A stretch of 64,000 nucleotides of DNA, from the NCBI RefSeq assembly GCF_030028105.1, contig NC_092395.1:28302424-28366423 (forward strand), read 5' to 3'. This document shows positions 13,500 through 24,720 of this stretch, piece after piece (position 1 is the first letter of the stretch; each line of letters opens with the position of its first letter). A program made the position numbers and the translations under genes. Under the pieces are notes generated by a model, which saw only the letters and a list, made by a program, of their open reading frames with translations, searched no databases and had not been told where the DNA came from. Origin of the DNA: Mobula birostris. Lineage: Eukaryota.

Positions 13500-14315
13500 T
13501 ATCAGAGAATGTATACGGTATACAACCTGAAATTCTTACTCTTCACAGACATCCATGAGACAGAAGAGAAAAAACCCCAAAGACAAAATGACAGAAAAAC
13601 ATTAAAACCCCAAAGCCCTCCTCCTACACACAAGCAGCAGCAAAATATTCAACCGAACTCCCTCCGCACACTTCCTCCATCGAAGGCATCAGCAACCCAA
13701 CCCCCCCCCCACCACCCCCATCGCCAGCAAAAGCAAGCCCCCAGAGGCCATGGTCTGGAATCCATTAAATACTACCGTCCATCCCCACACTTGGACATCG
13801 CAAACTGACCTCCCTCTCGCTAACGAAAGAGGGAGCGATATCGCTCCTGCCACAGCGAGAGAGGAAGTAAACCGCTCACTGCTCTGACGTTACAATCTGC
13901 AGCGTTGCTTATTCGAGTTCCCCCGACCTCGAGAACAGAAAGACTCTCTCTCATCATCGAGAGAGAGAACACTTGAGTGCAGAGGCCTCCGACAGCTGTG
14001 CCCACTGTCTCGATGTTTCGATCTCTCGTGATGCCTCAGTCGGTGACATCAGCGAGGGATCGGGTCGTCCTCTGGGCCCCATTCCGGAAGCGCCCGTCCT
14101 CCAAGCCGCTCCTGGAGATCCCGAAATGCCAGGCCACTTGGTGAGTTCTCAGAGCAAGAACCCACCACTGGTGAGGAACGTAGATCATGGACTCTGACAG
14201 GACCCCGGCCACCCTGAAAAGGGAAAAAGAGAAGTGGGAACGGGAGATTTATACGGTTTCGCAGAGCAACTGGACAAAGTCACCCAGGTCCGCAGAAATC
14301 TCTGGCGCCATCTTT
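13500..14315 (-). mobile_element. GC-rich SINE-like element inserted into a Penelope-derived palindrome
   Basis: Minus-strand start AAGATGGCGCC at about 14313. The flanks (about 13435-13490 and 14322-14420) are the two arms of the palindromic element. Confidence 0.5.
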
Positions 14316-14449
14316 AGCTGTGGTTGACTGTTTGTTCCTCTCTGGAGATGCTGCCCATCCTGCTGAGTTCCTCCAGCATTCTGTGTGTGTTCCTCTGCAT
14401 TTACAGCGCCTGCAGAACATCTTGTGTCCCCATTCCCATTGGTGCTGCC

Positions 14450-14451
<2 letters not shown>

Positions 14452-14481
<30 letters not shown>
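14452..14481. repeat. (CT)n microsatellite
   Basis: About 15 CT units. Confidence 0.95.
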
Positions 14482-14485
<4 letters not shown>

Positions 14486-15294
14486 TACTCACTCACTCTT
14501 TCCCTTGTTTCAAAAGTGCATGTGACATTTCCTTTCCCCTATCTCTCCATCCGCAAATTGAGCCATTTCCTTGTTTAACGCCCTTGTTTAGTTTCTTGCC
14601 AATAATCTACTTGCGCTAATTGTGAAGAATTCTATGACAAATGTTATTTGTTTTAATGACATTACCTTTTGGGTATTTCAACCCCCTCCTTTGTTCTTTT
14701 TATCTGTTAGTCAGCATTCTAGCCCTACTTGTTGCAAATACATACTGTCAGAATGTGCCTGGAAGATTTATTATACTTGTTCTATCTCAGCTGTCTTTTT
14801 CAAACAACACCATAATTAATTTATACCCTGGCTTTTACATTATGCTATTTTTAAATAGTCATGTTTTAGCAAGTTCGTTGGTTTGGCTCACTAAACTAAC
14901 AGACATGCTTTGCTTCTGGACTTTACACACTGTAATGCAGTTAAAATCTGATGTATTTGCATTACAATCTCCCTTCCATTGCGACTAAAGACATCCAAAG
15001 ACCTTAAAATTGGTTAATGCAAAAAAAAGGATCTCACTATTTTTTAGATTACCTTTTTTAGTTCTGTTGCACAAATATTCTATCCCAGTATTATATCACA
15101 ATAGGCCTGAACCCAACAATACTATATGCCAATGTCAGTATTAGTTCTCTACTTACCAGTACTGTACCCACTGTTACACAATGCCCGTCCCCTACAGTAC
15201 TGTACTCTAATGTCATTAGTTAACACGTTTCCACCAGTGTTGTACCCAGGGTTGCACAGTGACCAATCGACACCCACCAGTACCAGCTTAAGTG

Positions 15295-15740
15295 CGGTCA
15301 TTCAAGTTGAGTTTGATGTTCTCCAGAGGAGTTATCTACTTATGGGTCCTCAGAGCCCAATCTGAGATTCACATAACCGGGATCCACAATTCACTTTATG
15401 GAGAAAGCCTGTGCGTGACTTTGGTTAACGTTGGCAGGCTGATGCATGAGCAGCCAACATGCAGTCCCTGACAGACGGGGGTCAGGGGCCAGTGGCATGG
15501 AATGCAAGATGGCTGGATACTGCTGCAGCCTTCCTCCACCTTCACTGTTGTCGTGACGCATCATTGTCTTCCGCCAGCTCCGCCACTCAGATCCCTTGGT
15601 TGGATTGCCCTTGACCTTACTGCCATGGTAGCCCCTTACGGAGTTAAACTCCAGATGGCTAAATTCCAGACAGCAGCTCTCTCGGGATCTCAGAAACTCA
15701 CAAGCCTCTCCAGCACGACAAGGTGATGACCCTTGGAGTG
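15295..15740 (-). mobile_element. RTE 5'UTR-derived non-autonomous element
   Basis: Minus strand begins ...caccttgtcgtgctggagaggcttgtgag...gatcccgagagagct, a BovB/Expander-like 5' motif. No ORF. Confidence 0.6.
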
Positions 15741-15989
15741 ATAGCAACATCAACCGGTAGCTAGCTGTATTGTACCCCACTATTGCATAGCCACAGACAA
15801 CTTCCACCAGTACTGAACCCAAGTACAATACAGAGTTAAACAGTGACAGACTTGTACCCACCAATACCCTCCTCCTCTGATAAATAACCAATAGTCTGCA
15901 CTCGGCAATAATTTACCAAAGTCTTACAGTTGTGACCTGTAACCATCAACACTGCAAAAGTTCAAAATCAAAAATGTTTTTAGTTAGGT

Positions 15990-16720
15990 AACTGGACAGA
16001 GTGCAGAAAAGGTTTACAAGAATGTTGCCAGGACTCAGGTGACTGAGTTAGAGTGGGAGCTCAGTTAGGCTGAGACTTCACTCAAATTTGTTCGTAGGAT
16101 TGTAAAATAATCTGTGGTGATCTTATAGAGGTGTACAAAATCCTGAGGGGAGTACAGTATATAGGATTAAAGCTCACAGTCTTTCCGCCAGGGTTGGAGA
16201 ATCAAGAACTAGAGGACACAGGTTTAGGTGAGAGGGGAGAGACTTAATGAGGGGTGATTTTTATTCACTCAGGGGGTGGTCAGAATATGGAATGACCTGC
16301 CAGAGGGGGTTGTTCAAAGTGGAGGTTGATATGTTCTGGGTAAGTAAAGGTGTCAAAGGTTATGGGAGAAGACAGGAGAATGGGGTTGAGATGGAATATA
16401 TATCAGCCACGTTGGAATGGTGGAGCAGACTCAATGGGCTGAATGACCTAATTCTGCTCCTACCTCTTAAGCTCTTATGGCCTCATACATCAACGGCATT
16501 TCAAAAACATTTGAACGGGTACATGGATAGGGATGGCTTAGAGCAGGGGTCCCAACCTTTTTTATACCATGGAACCTTACCATTAACCGAGGGGTCTGTG
16601 GACCCAGGTTGGGAACCTCTGGCTTGGAGGGTTATGGACTAAATACAGGCAAATGGACTAGCTTAGTTTGGTGTCTTAGTCAGCATGGACAACTTGGAAT
16701 GAAGGGCCTGTTTCTATGAG
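15990..16720 (+). mobile_element. Nested CR1 3' fragments
   Basis: RVQKRFTRMLPGL...GDLIEVYKIL remnants and two CR1-type 3' ends. Confidence 0.75.
16544..16621. mobile_element. 78-bp hAT-type MITE
   Basis: Terminal inverted repeats CAGGGGTCCCAACC / GGTTGGGAACCTCTG and an 8-bp TSD, GCTTAGAG (16536-16543) / GCTTGGAG (16622-16629). Confidence 0.85.
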
Positions 16721-17179
16721 TCTACAGAACAGGGGGAGGGCTGGAGAGACCAAGGGAACATGACAGGCTGATGACTGGCAGAGGCTCAGTGACATCGATG
16801 TGGAACATAGCTAAAGGAAGATGGTAAAGGCAAAGTTGATCTGTCTGGAGAACCCCCCACACACTCAAACTTTGTCTTCTTTGCCCTCCTACACTGTTCT
16901 GTTGAAGCCTTGTGTAAGCCTGATATAGATCATCTGATTTCATGACCAACCAGATTAAGGTTCTCGTTGTCTGTAACAATAACTGGCCTTTCCAGTCTGA
17001 CTGCTCTCTGAGCTGTTGGGTATTCCCAGCACTCCCTTTCATTTCAGGTTTCTAGGATCTGCAGTATCTCTTTATTTGCTATTTCTGGAATTGTTTCATT
17101 TCCCTTCTTTCTCCTCTGGGTTCTGATTAATCTCTTTCTCCTGTGCCTCAGTGACTAATAGTCACCATTCAACCTTCCC

Positions 17180-17430
17180 CTATAGTGGTTAGCACAACAG
17201 CACCAGCAACCCAGGCTCAGTTCTCTCCGCTGCCTGTAAGGAATTTATATGTTCTCCCCATAACTGTGTGGGCTTTTCCGGGTGCACCAGCTTCCTCCCA
17301 TATTCCAAAGACGTACCGGTTGGTCATTGTAAATTGTCCCGTGATTAGGCTAGGGTTAAATCGGGGGTTGCTAGGCAACACAGCTCAAAGGGCTGGAAGG
17401 CCTGTTCCACACTAATCTCAATAAATAAAT
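17180..17430 (+). mobile_element. tRNA-derived V-SINE (HE1-like)
   Basis: tagtggttagc A-box region and V-domain core gttctcccc...gtgggcttttccggg...ttcctcccatattccaaagac. Confidence 0.7.
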
Positions 17431-18024
17431 AAGTTACTTAGGTCCTGAAGAGCCAGCAACAGTTTTCTCTGCACTCTTTCAAGCTTAGCAATATCTTTCC
17501 TATAGGGAGGTAAGCAGAACTCCACACAGTACTCCAAAATTTAGCCTCACTAGTGCCTTATACAACCTTATACAACTTCAACCTAACATCCCAACCTCTG
17601 CACTCCGTGCTTTGATTAATGAAGGCCAATATGCCAAAAACTCTTGTTATGACCCTATCTACCTGCGATGTGTCTTTCAAGGAATTATGGATTTGTATTA
17701 TCAGGTTTTTTTTGTCCTAACACACACCCCAGTGCCCTACATTTCAAAGTATTGGTTAATGGGTAAACACGGCTAATGAAGCAATGTCCTGCTCTTTCCA
17801 ATAGTATTGTGGACTCTTCTTGTTTTTGGACAGTATCCAAGGACTGAAGGTGAATTAATTCCATTTCAGATCTGAGGTTTCTTGTTGCTGATGAGTCTCC
17901 GGTCTGGGTGGAGCAGTGGGAGTGGGAATTCACTGAGGAAGGTGGAGCCTTGTTCCTGCCATCTTCGTTAGACTTTTGTGTGCTTCCAGGAAATGGACAA
18001 GATTTTCGAAACCTTCGCTGATGC

Positions 18025-18865
18025 TCGGAATCAGGTTTATTATCACCAGCATGTGTTGTGAAATTTGTTAAATTAGCAGCAGCAGTTCAATGCAATACAT
18101 AATATAGAAGAAAAAAAACCCTTAAAAAATAATTAAATAAATAAATAATTCAATTACAGTATACGTATATTGAATAGATTTAAAAAGTGCAAAAAAACAG
18201 AAATAATATATATTAAAAAAGTGAGGTAGTGTTCATGGGTTCAATGTCCATTTAGGAATCGGATGGCAGAGGGGGAGAAGCTGTTCCTGAATCGCTGAGT
18301 GTGTGCCTTCAGTCTTCTGTACCTCCTCCCTGATGGTAACAGTGAGAAAAGGGCATGCTCTGGGTGCTGGGAGTCCTTAGTAATGGACGCTGCCTTTCTG
18401 AGTCATCGCTCCCTGAAGATGTCCTGGGTACTTTGTAGGCTAGTACCCAAGATGGAGCTGACTAAATTTACAACCCTCTGCCCCTTCTTTCGGTCCTGTG
18501 CAGTAGCCCCTCCATACCAGACAGTGATGCAGCCTGTCAGAATGTTCTCCATGGTACATCTATAGAAGTTTTTGAGTGTATTTGTTGACATGCCAAATCT
18601 CTTCAAGCTCCTAATGAAGTATAGTTGCTGTCTTGCCTTCCTTATAATTACATCGCTGTGTTGGGACCAGGTTAGATCCTCAGAGATCTTGACACCCAGG
18701 AACTAGAAGCTGCTCACTCTCTCCACTTCTGATCCCTCTGAGGATTGGTATGTGTTCCTTCGTCTTACCCTTCCTGAAGTCCACAATCAGCTCTTTCGTC
18801 CTACTGACATTGAGTGCCAGGTTGTTGCTGCAGAACCATTCCACTAGTTGGCATATCTCACTCCT
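18025..18865 (-). mobile_element. Rex1-type LINE 3' fragment
   Basis: LKNFYRCTMENILTGCITVWYG on the minus strand, with a gaatcagg tail. Confidence 0.85.
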
Positions 18866-19959
18866 TCCCTACTTTGAATGGTTGTGGCTGGGGATAACCA
18901 TGGCTATCTTTTCCTATGACAGAATTGAGAGCAGTATTTACCTCAGACATCAGATAACAGGCATGTGAATAATGTAGTCAATCTAGCAGAACAGCCTACG
19001 TAGGATTTCAATGTTGGGAATGTTGGCTTGGTAGAAGAAATTGGTTCATTTATCTGGAGATGTTGAAGAGACAATGTTGTTATGTTGAAGTCCATTGCTA
19101 TATTCTCTCCCTTCTCCAATATCTCTTCTCCCTTCTTCCATCTGGAAAAAGATACAGAAGCCTGACAGCACGTAACACCTAGGCTCAAGGACAGTTTTTA
19201 TTCCACTGTCATAAGACAAGTAAATAGTCCCCTAGTTCGATAAATTGGACTCTTCACCTCACAGTCTACTTTGTTATGATTTTGCTCCTTATGGTTTACC
19301 CTCACAGCACTTTCTCTGTAGCTCCTACACTTCATCCTGCATTCCATTACTGTTTTACCTTGTTCTACCTCAATGAGCTATCTGTAAGAACAGTGTGTAA
19401 GACAAGCTTTTCACTGTATCTGAGTACATGGCACAATAATAAACCAATTCCAATTCCTATGTTAATGTACAGAAGTGTGTGCACTCACACAATTTTTGTT
19501 TGTGGACACAATGCTGATGGTGGGGCTCTGGTGCTTTCAACTGCATTCCCATATCTCCAAAACACACAAATGTGCTGAATTCTCCCGGCAGCAGTGATCT
19601 TGATCTTCCAAAGGATATCTGAGCTGGTGATGGTGAGTTTCTCCACAATTGCCTGCCTTCTGAGAGGCGGCTCTGGCATTTCGCATGTGATCCATACTTT
19701 CCAGAGTTTTATCACAGTCAGAAGGTTGGGTCACTTCTGAGGATTCCCGTGGCAATGAGTCTCTGCTCTAGGTGAAACACTGGGGAGGGGTTCAGTCATT
19801 TGCTTTACAGATGTGGTGAAAGGCTGTCCTTCCTTGTGCTTCAATGAATGTATCAACAGCAACTTAACCTGTCATTGTGGGCCCCAGCTTAACCTCCAGA
19901 AGTGCAGATATGCAAACTGCACCTGTACCCTGGAACTTCATGACTAAATTTAGGATGAC

Positions 19960-21930
19960 TTTGGCTCAGGGATGAAGTTAACACCAATTGCAACCTTACC
20001 AGCCTCTCTCCACATCAACCCCAACCTTGCCATCAAACCCACAGACAAAAAGGGTGCTGTTGTAGTGTGATGGACTGACCTCTACCTTGCTGAGGCCTGG
20101 CAGAAACTCTCAGGCATCTCTTCAAACTTACCCCTTGAAGAAGACCCCAGTCTGGACCATCAGAAAACTGTTTCTGACAGTTTCACTGACCTCAGCAACT
20201 CTGGAGAAAACTCTCCAGCAAACTCATATTTCCCTTACCCCACACTGCTTGCTTCTACTTCCTACCCAAGATCCGCATCCTGACTGTCCAGGTAGGCCCA
20301 TTGTCTCTGCCTGCACCTGCCCCTCTGTTCTGATACTCCGATTCCATTCTATCCTCCTTGGTTCAGTCCCTCCTCACCTACATCCGCAACACTTCACACG
20401 CTCTCGATCTCTTCACCATCTTTTAATTCCCTGGCCCTAACCGCCTCACTTGAAGCATGGATGTCCGGTCCCTATACATTTCTAACCACCCACCCCACCC
20501 CCCCATCAAGAAGGCTGTAAAGTTCTCCACTTCTTTCTCAGTAAAAGAACCAGCCAGTTCCCCTCCACCACCATGCTCCTCCAGCTGGCAGAACTAGTCG
20601 TTTGGCTCCTCCCACTTTCTCCAGACTCAGGGGGTCATCATGGGCCCCAGCTATACCTGCCCTTTCATGAGCTGGGTAGAGCAGTCCATGTTCCAAGCCT
20701 TCCCCGGTAATGCTCCCCAACTCTGCATTGACGACTGCATTGGTGCTGCTTCATGCACCCATGCTGAGTCCAGCAATTTCATCAACTTTATCTCCAACTT
20801 CCACCCTGTCCTTATATTCACTTGGCCTGGTACCTCCCTCCCCTTTCTCGATCCCTTTGGTCTCCATCTCTGGAGAAAAACTGTTGACCAACATTTTTTT
20901 GTAAACCTGCAGATTCCTTGGTTAGCTAGACTTTACTTATTTCCACCCTGTCTCCTGTAAAAACTTTTCTCAGTTCCTTCATCTCCACTGCGTCTGTTCC
21001 TAGGATGAGATTTTCCTGTCGAGGACATCATAGATCTCCTCCTTCTTCACAGATCAAGGCTTCCCTTTCTCCACAATTGATGCTGCCCACACCCACATTT
21101 CCTAGACATCCGCACTCAACTCATATTCCCATCACCTTAACAGTGACAGAGTTCCTCTTGTCCTTACCTAGCACCCCATGAACCACCACATCTAACACAT
21201 CAATCTCCGCAACTTCCACCATCTCCAAAGGAGTATTTCCAGGTGAGGAAACACTTCACCTGTGAATCTTCCGGGGCCATCTATTGTACCCGATGCTCTC
21301 AATGTGGTCTCCTCTACATTGGTGAGACCAGTCTTAAATTGGGGGACTGTTTCATCAAGCACTTCCACTCCATCCACCAACAGTGGAACTTCCCGGTGGC
21401 CCAACATTTTAATTTTGATTCCATTCCCATTGTGACATGTTGGTCTATAGCCTCCTCTTGTGTCACGATGAGGCTACCCTCAGGGTGGAAGAACAACATC
21501 TTACACTCCATCTGGATGGCTTCCAACCTGATGGCATGTATATCAATTTCTCCCTCTTTACGAAAAACACCCTCCTCCTCCCCTCTTCTTCTATTCCTCT
21601 CTCTGGCCACTTACCTCTTCTCTCATCTCCCTCTGGTGTCCCATTTACTTTCCTTTTTCCTATGGTCCATTCTCCTCTCCTATCAGATTCCTTCATCTCC
21701 AACACTTCAATCCACCTGACTTCACCTATAACCTAGCTATCCCTCCTCCCCTCCCCTCTGCTTTTTATTCTGGTGTATTCCCCCTTATTTTCCAGTCCTG
21801 AAGAAGGATCCTGCCCTGAAACTTTGACAATTTGTTCATTTCATGGATACTGCCTGACTTGCTGAGTTCCTCCAGCCATTCGTATATGTTGCTTTAGGTT
21901 TGTAGCATCTTCAGAATTTCTTGTGTTTTT
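19960..21930 (+). mobile_element. Decayed Penelope-like retroelement (RT, GIY-YIG endonuclease and terminal repeat)
   Basis: IKPTDKKGAVVV, PGRPIVSAC, MDVRSLY, MGPSY, IDDCIG, then FTCESSGAIYCTRCSQCGLLYIGET (GIY-YIG with CxxC), followed by the family terminal sequence. Confidence 0.9.
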
Positions 21931-21959
21931 GATCGAACTGTTTTGTATTTACCCTGTTG

Positions 21960-22390
21960 ACTAACTCTGCAGAAAGCTTGATGGAAGTGAGATGTAGCGT
22001 AACGGAAGGAAAGAATAAGAAAAGTGCTGAGTGATTATGCACTCTTGATTCACACCGGTCTGCACTGCGATTGATATTGTTGTGGATGTCTTGGTTAAGA
22101 TCACAAGTTGCTCACCATTATGTAGCAGAGATAGATGAAGATGCATTTCATTAGGCAGCCAAAGTTAGAAGTCAGTGATTGACAAAGACAAAGCCTTTTG
22201 CCATGTATGGTGGTTGATACTGTTCCCTGAACTTCTTGGCATCCATCCATGATGAAGATCCCACCCATTTTGCCTCTAGATGGGAAAAATCCACACAGAG
22301 CAGCTCTTTGACCTCTGGACGTGAGAGATAGAGAGCCAAGAATCCCTCTGTAGTTGCCACAATCTTTCTTGAAAATTGTCATGAGTATAG
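21960..22390 (-). mobile_element. Old RTE-clade RT fragment
   Basis: TIFKKDCGNYRGI and VQTGVNQECII (GVKQGCV-like) remnants. Confidence 0.55.
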
Positions 22391-23101
22391 TGTCTCTGAT
22401 GTACCTGATATCCTCCTCATGTTCTTCCCCCTCCTCCCCTTTCTAGACAATGCAAGTAATGCTGTGAGCTTATCATGGAAGCTCCTCCACCAAGTTTTAG
22501 AACTTCAACGGGGGTATTGGTTGCTCCTGGAACCTTGCTGCCTGGCCCTATTCTTGGCCCTCAGTTGTGAATCCCTTGATTATTTGAGCTGCAGATGACC
22601 TAGATGGCACCGGGAAATTCACACACAACTAGTGCTTCATTTGCAAGGTGGTAACCTAAGCAATGTAGAAGAGTATCAGCTTAAAACTTGGGTGTTTTGT
22701 ACCATCAGGCAGGAGGTTCAAGAAAAGCTACTTCCCTTCAACTACTTGGCTCTTGAACCAACTGGCAAAACCCTAATTGCTACCGCTTAGCAATACTTTG
22801 ATCACTTTACACTAATATTCACTTTTTTTGTTCTAATTGTGTTCTTTCTAGTAAAAATTGTGTATAATTTATGATTAATTTATGTTTAGTTAATACTGCT
22901 TATATAAATTATGTGCCTCTGATGCTGCTGCATGCTACAAGTAAGGCTTTCATTGCTCTTATGCATATATGTACTTGGCATATGACAACAAACACCACGT
23001 GATTTACAGTAACTTGACGACCTGAAGACTCCGGAGAGGATATTGCACCCACGATCTTCTGATTCCGAGGTAAAAGACTGTCATGAGACCGTGCAACACC
23101 T

Positions 23102-23908
23102 TTTTTTTATTTCAAAATATACTTTATTCAAAAATAAATATATACAATGAACCATTCAATAACTTTCCATCCTTTACATACATTTCCATTATAGTCAGTA
23201 CCTATCCGTATTTATAGCCACCCACGTAGCACTCCAGTAGTTCAGCTTACCATATCATTGTTGAGGGGTATACTCCCCGCCCACCGACCCCTCCCACTCC
23301 CACGGGTGGAGAAACCTATACTGTGGTCCTTCTCCACCGGGCCCTTGCGGTGGCTGCACCAAGTTTCAGTGCGTCCCTCAGCACGCACTCCTGCAGCCGA
23401 GAATGTGCCAGTCGGCAGCATTCTCCCACGGACATCTCCATGTGCTGGTAGATCATCAAGTTTCGGGCCGACCAGAGAGCGTCTTTCACCGAGTTGATGA
23501 TCTGTCAGCAGCACCGGATGTTGGTCTCCGTGTGCGTCCCCGGGAACAGCCCATAGATCAGAAAGTCCTCTGTTACGCAGCTGCTGGGGATAAAATGTGA
23601 CACTAGCCCGTCTATCCTCCCCCACACCCTCTTTGCGAACTGGCAGTGTGCAAAGAGGTGGGTCACAGACTCCTCCTCACTGCAGTCCTCCTGTGGGCAG
23701 TGGGGTGCGGAGACGACGTTCCGGGCGTACAGGGGGGCTCTGACTGGGAGGGCCCCTCTCACCGCCAGCCAGGCGAGGTCTTGGTGCCTGTTGGTGAGAT
23801 CTGGTGATGAGGCATTTTGCCAGATGAACTGGACAGTCTGCTCAGGGAACCACACCACTGTGTCCATCACGTCCTTCTCCTGCAGTGTCTGCAGGACATT
23901 ACGTGCTG
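23102..23908 (-). mobile_element. 5'-truncated Tx1/L1-clade LINE (ORF2 zf-RVT C-terminus)
   Basis: DLAWLAVRGALPVR...CPQEDCSEEESVTHLFAHC zinc-binding motif, AATAAA plus poly(A) (T-run at 23101), TSD ACACCT at 23096-23101 and 23909-23914. Confidence 0.88.
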
Positions 23909-24124
23909 ACACCTACATGGCTGGCTGGAATGTCACAAGTTTGCTTACAGCAAACATGATTGCAGGTTTGTGGGGCAGTCCTTAGCAACTAAGCAACCAA
24001 CACTCTGGAACTCTCCCCAAATTTACAGGTGATGGAAAGGATTTGTAATGTTAGGGGGTAAGTCACTTACCACAACTTGGCACAAAAATGTTGCCGAAAT
24101 CTTGCCATATATAGACATGGGACA

Positions 24125-24720
24125 GATTCAAAGATTCAACATGCAAAGCACATTTAATATCAAAGAATATATAAATTATACACCTTGAGCTTTACAAGCA
24201 GCCACAAAGCAAGAAACCCGAAGAACCCAATTTAAAAAAGGGAAGACTATGACCACTGTGCAGAAAAAGAGGGAAAATACACACACATCCCGCAAACAAT
24301 AGGAGCAAACAACAGCATCCCGAACCAGATTGGGTCCTTAGATCCGCTCCCTGGAGCAGCCGGAGTAGTAGACCCAAGACTCGATCTCAGTTCGTCATAT
24401 TAGCGGGGCAAAATGCCGCGAAGCTCGCAGAGATGCCAGCGGCTTGATCTGTTCACAGCCTCGGTGCCAGGAGAGCGAGCAGGAATCATCCCAACCCTCG
24501 CCCCTCCTCTGGTCCTGACACATGGGCTTTCCAGTCTACCTGGACCGGCGTTTAAGTTGTCCAAGCACCAGGTGGTGCCTCGCTCTAGGACCTGGACCCC
24601 GTCGCAGCGATGTGCTTGGGCAGCACAGCCCGAAGCCATTCTCAATCTCAACAGATCGGCTCGCCGCTTGGGGCAATCCAACCTCGCATAGCGATTCATT
24701 TTCTGATGAGGAGTGAATAG
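24125..24720 (-). mobile_element. GC-rich SINE-like element related to the 13.5-kb element
   Basis: Shares the tatca.agaat.tata....tataca.c.tga tail and has a CpG-rich non-coding body. Confidence 0.45.

Larger units (their letters stand above)
9950..15960 (+). repeat. Decayed ~44-bp satellite array (consensus approx. CCAGTACTGTACCCCAGTGTTATACAGTGACAGACCTGTACCCA), broken up by several insertions
   Basis: ccagta/ctgtac/cagtgttata/gtgacagac blocks recur at about 44-bp spacing, for example 11280-11740, 12110-12530, 15080-15290 and 15760-15950. Confidence 0.75.

Noticed and set aside
9950-15960. CRISPR-like repeat-spacer array
   Set aside because: Units are contiguous and degenerate with no unique spacers, the DNA is eukaryotic, and there are no cas genes.
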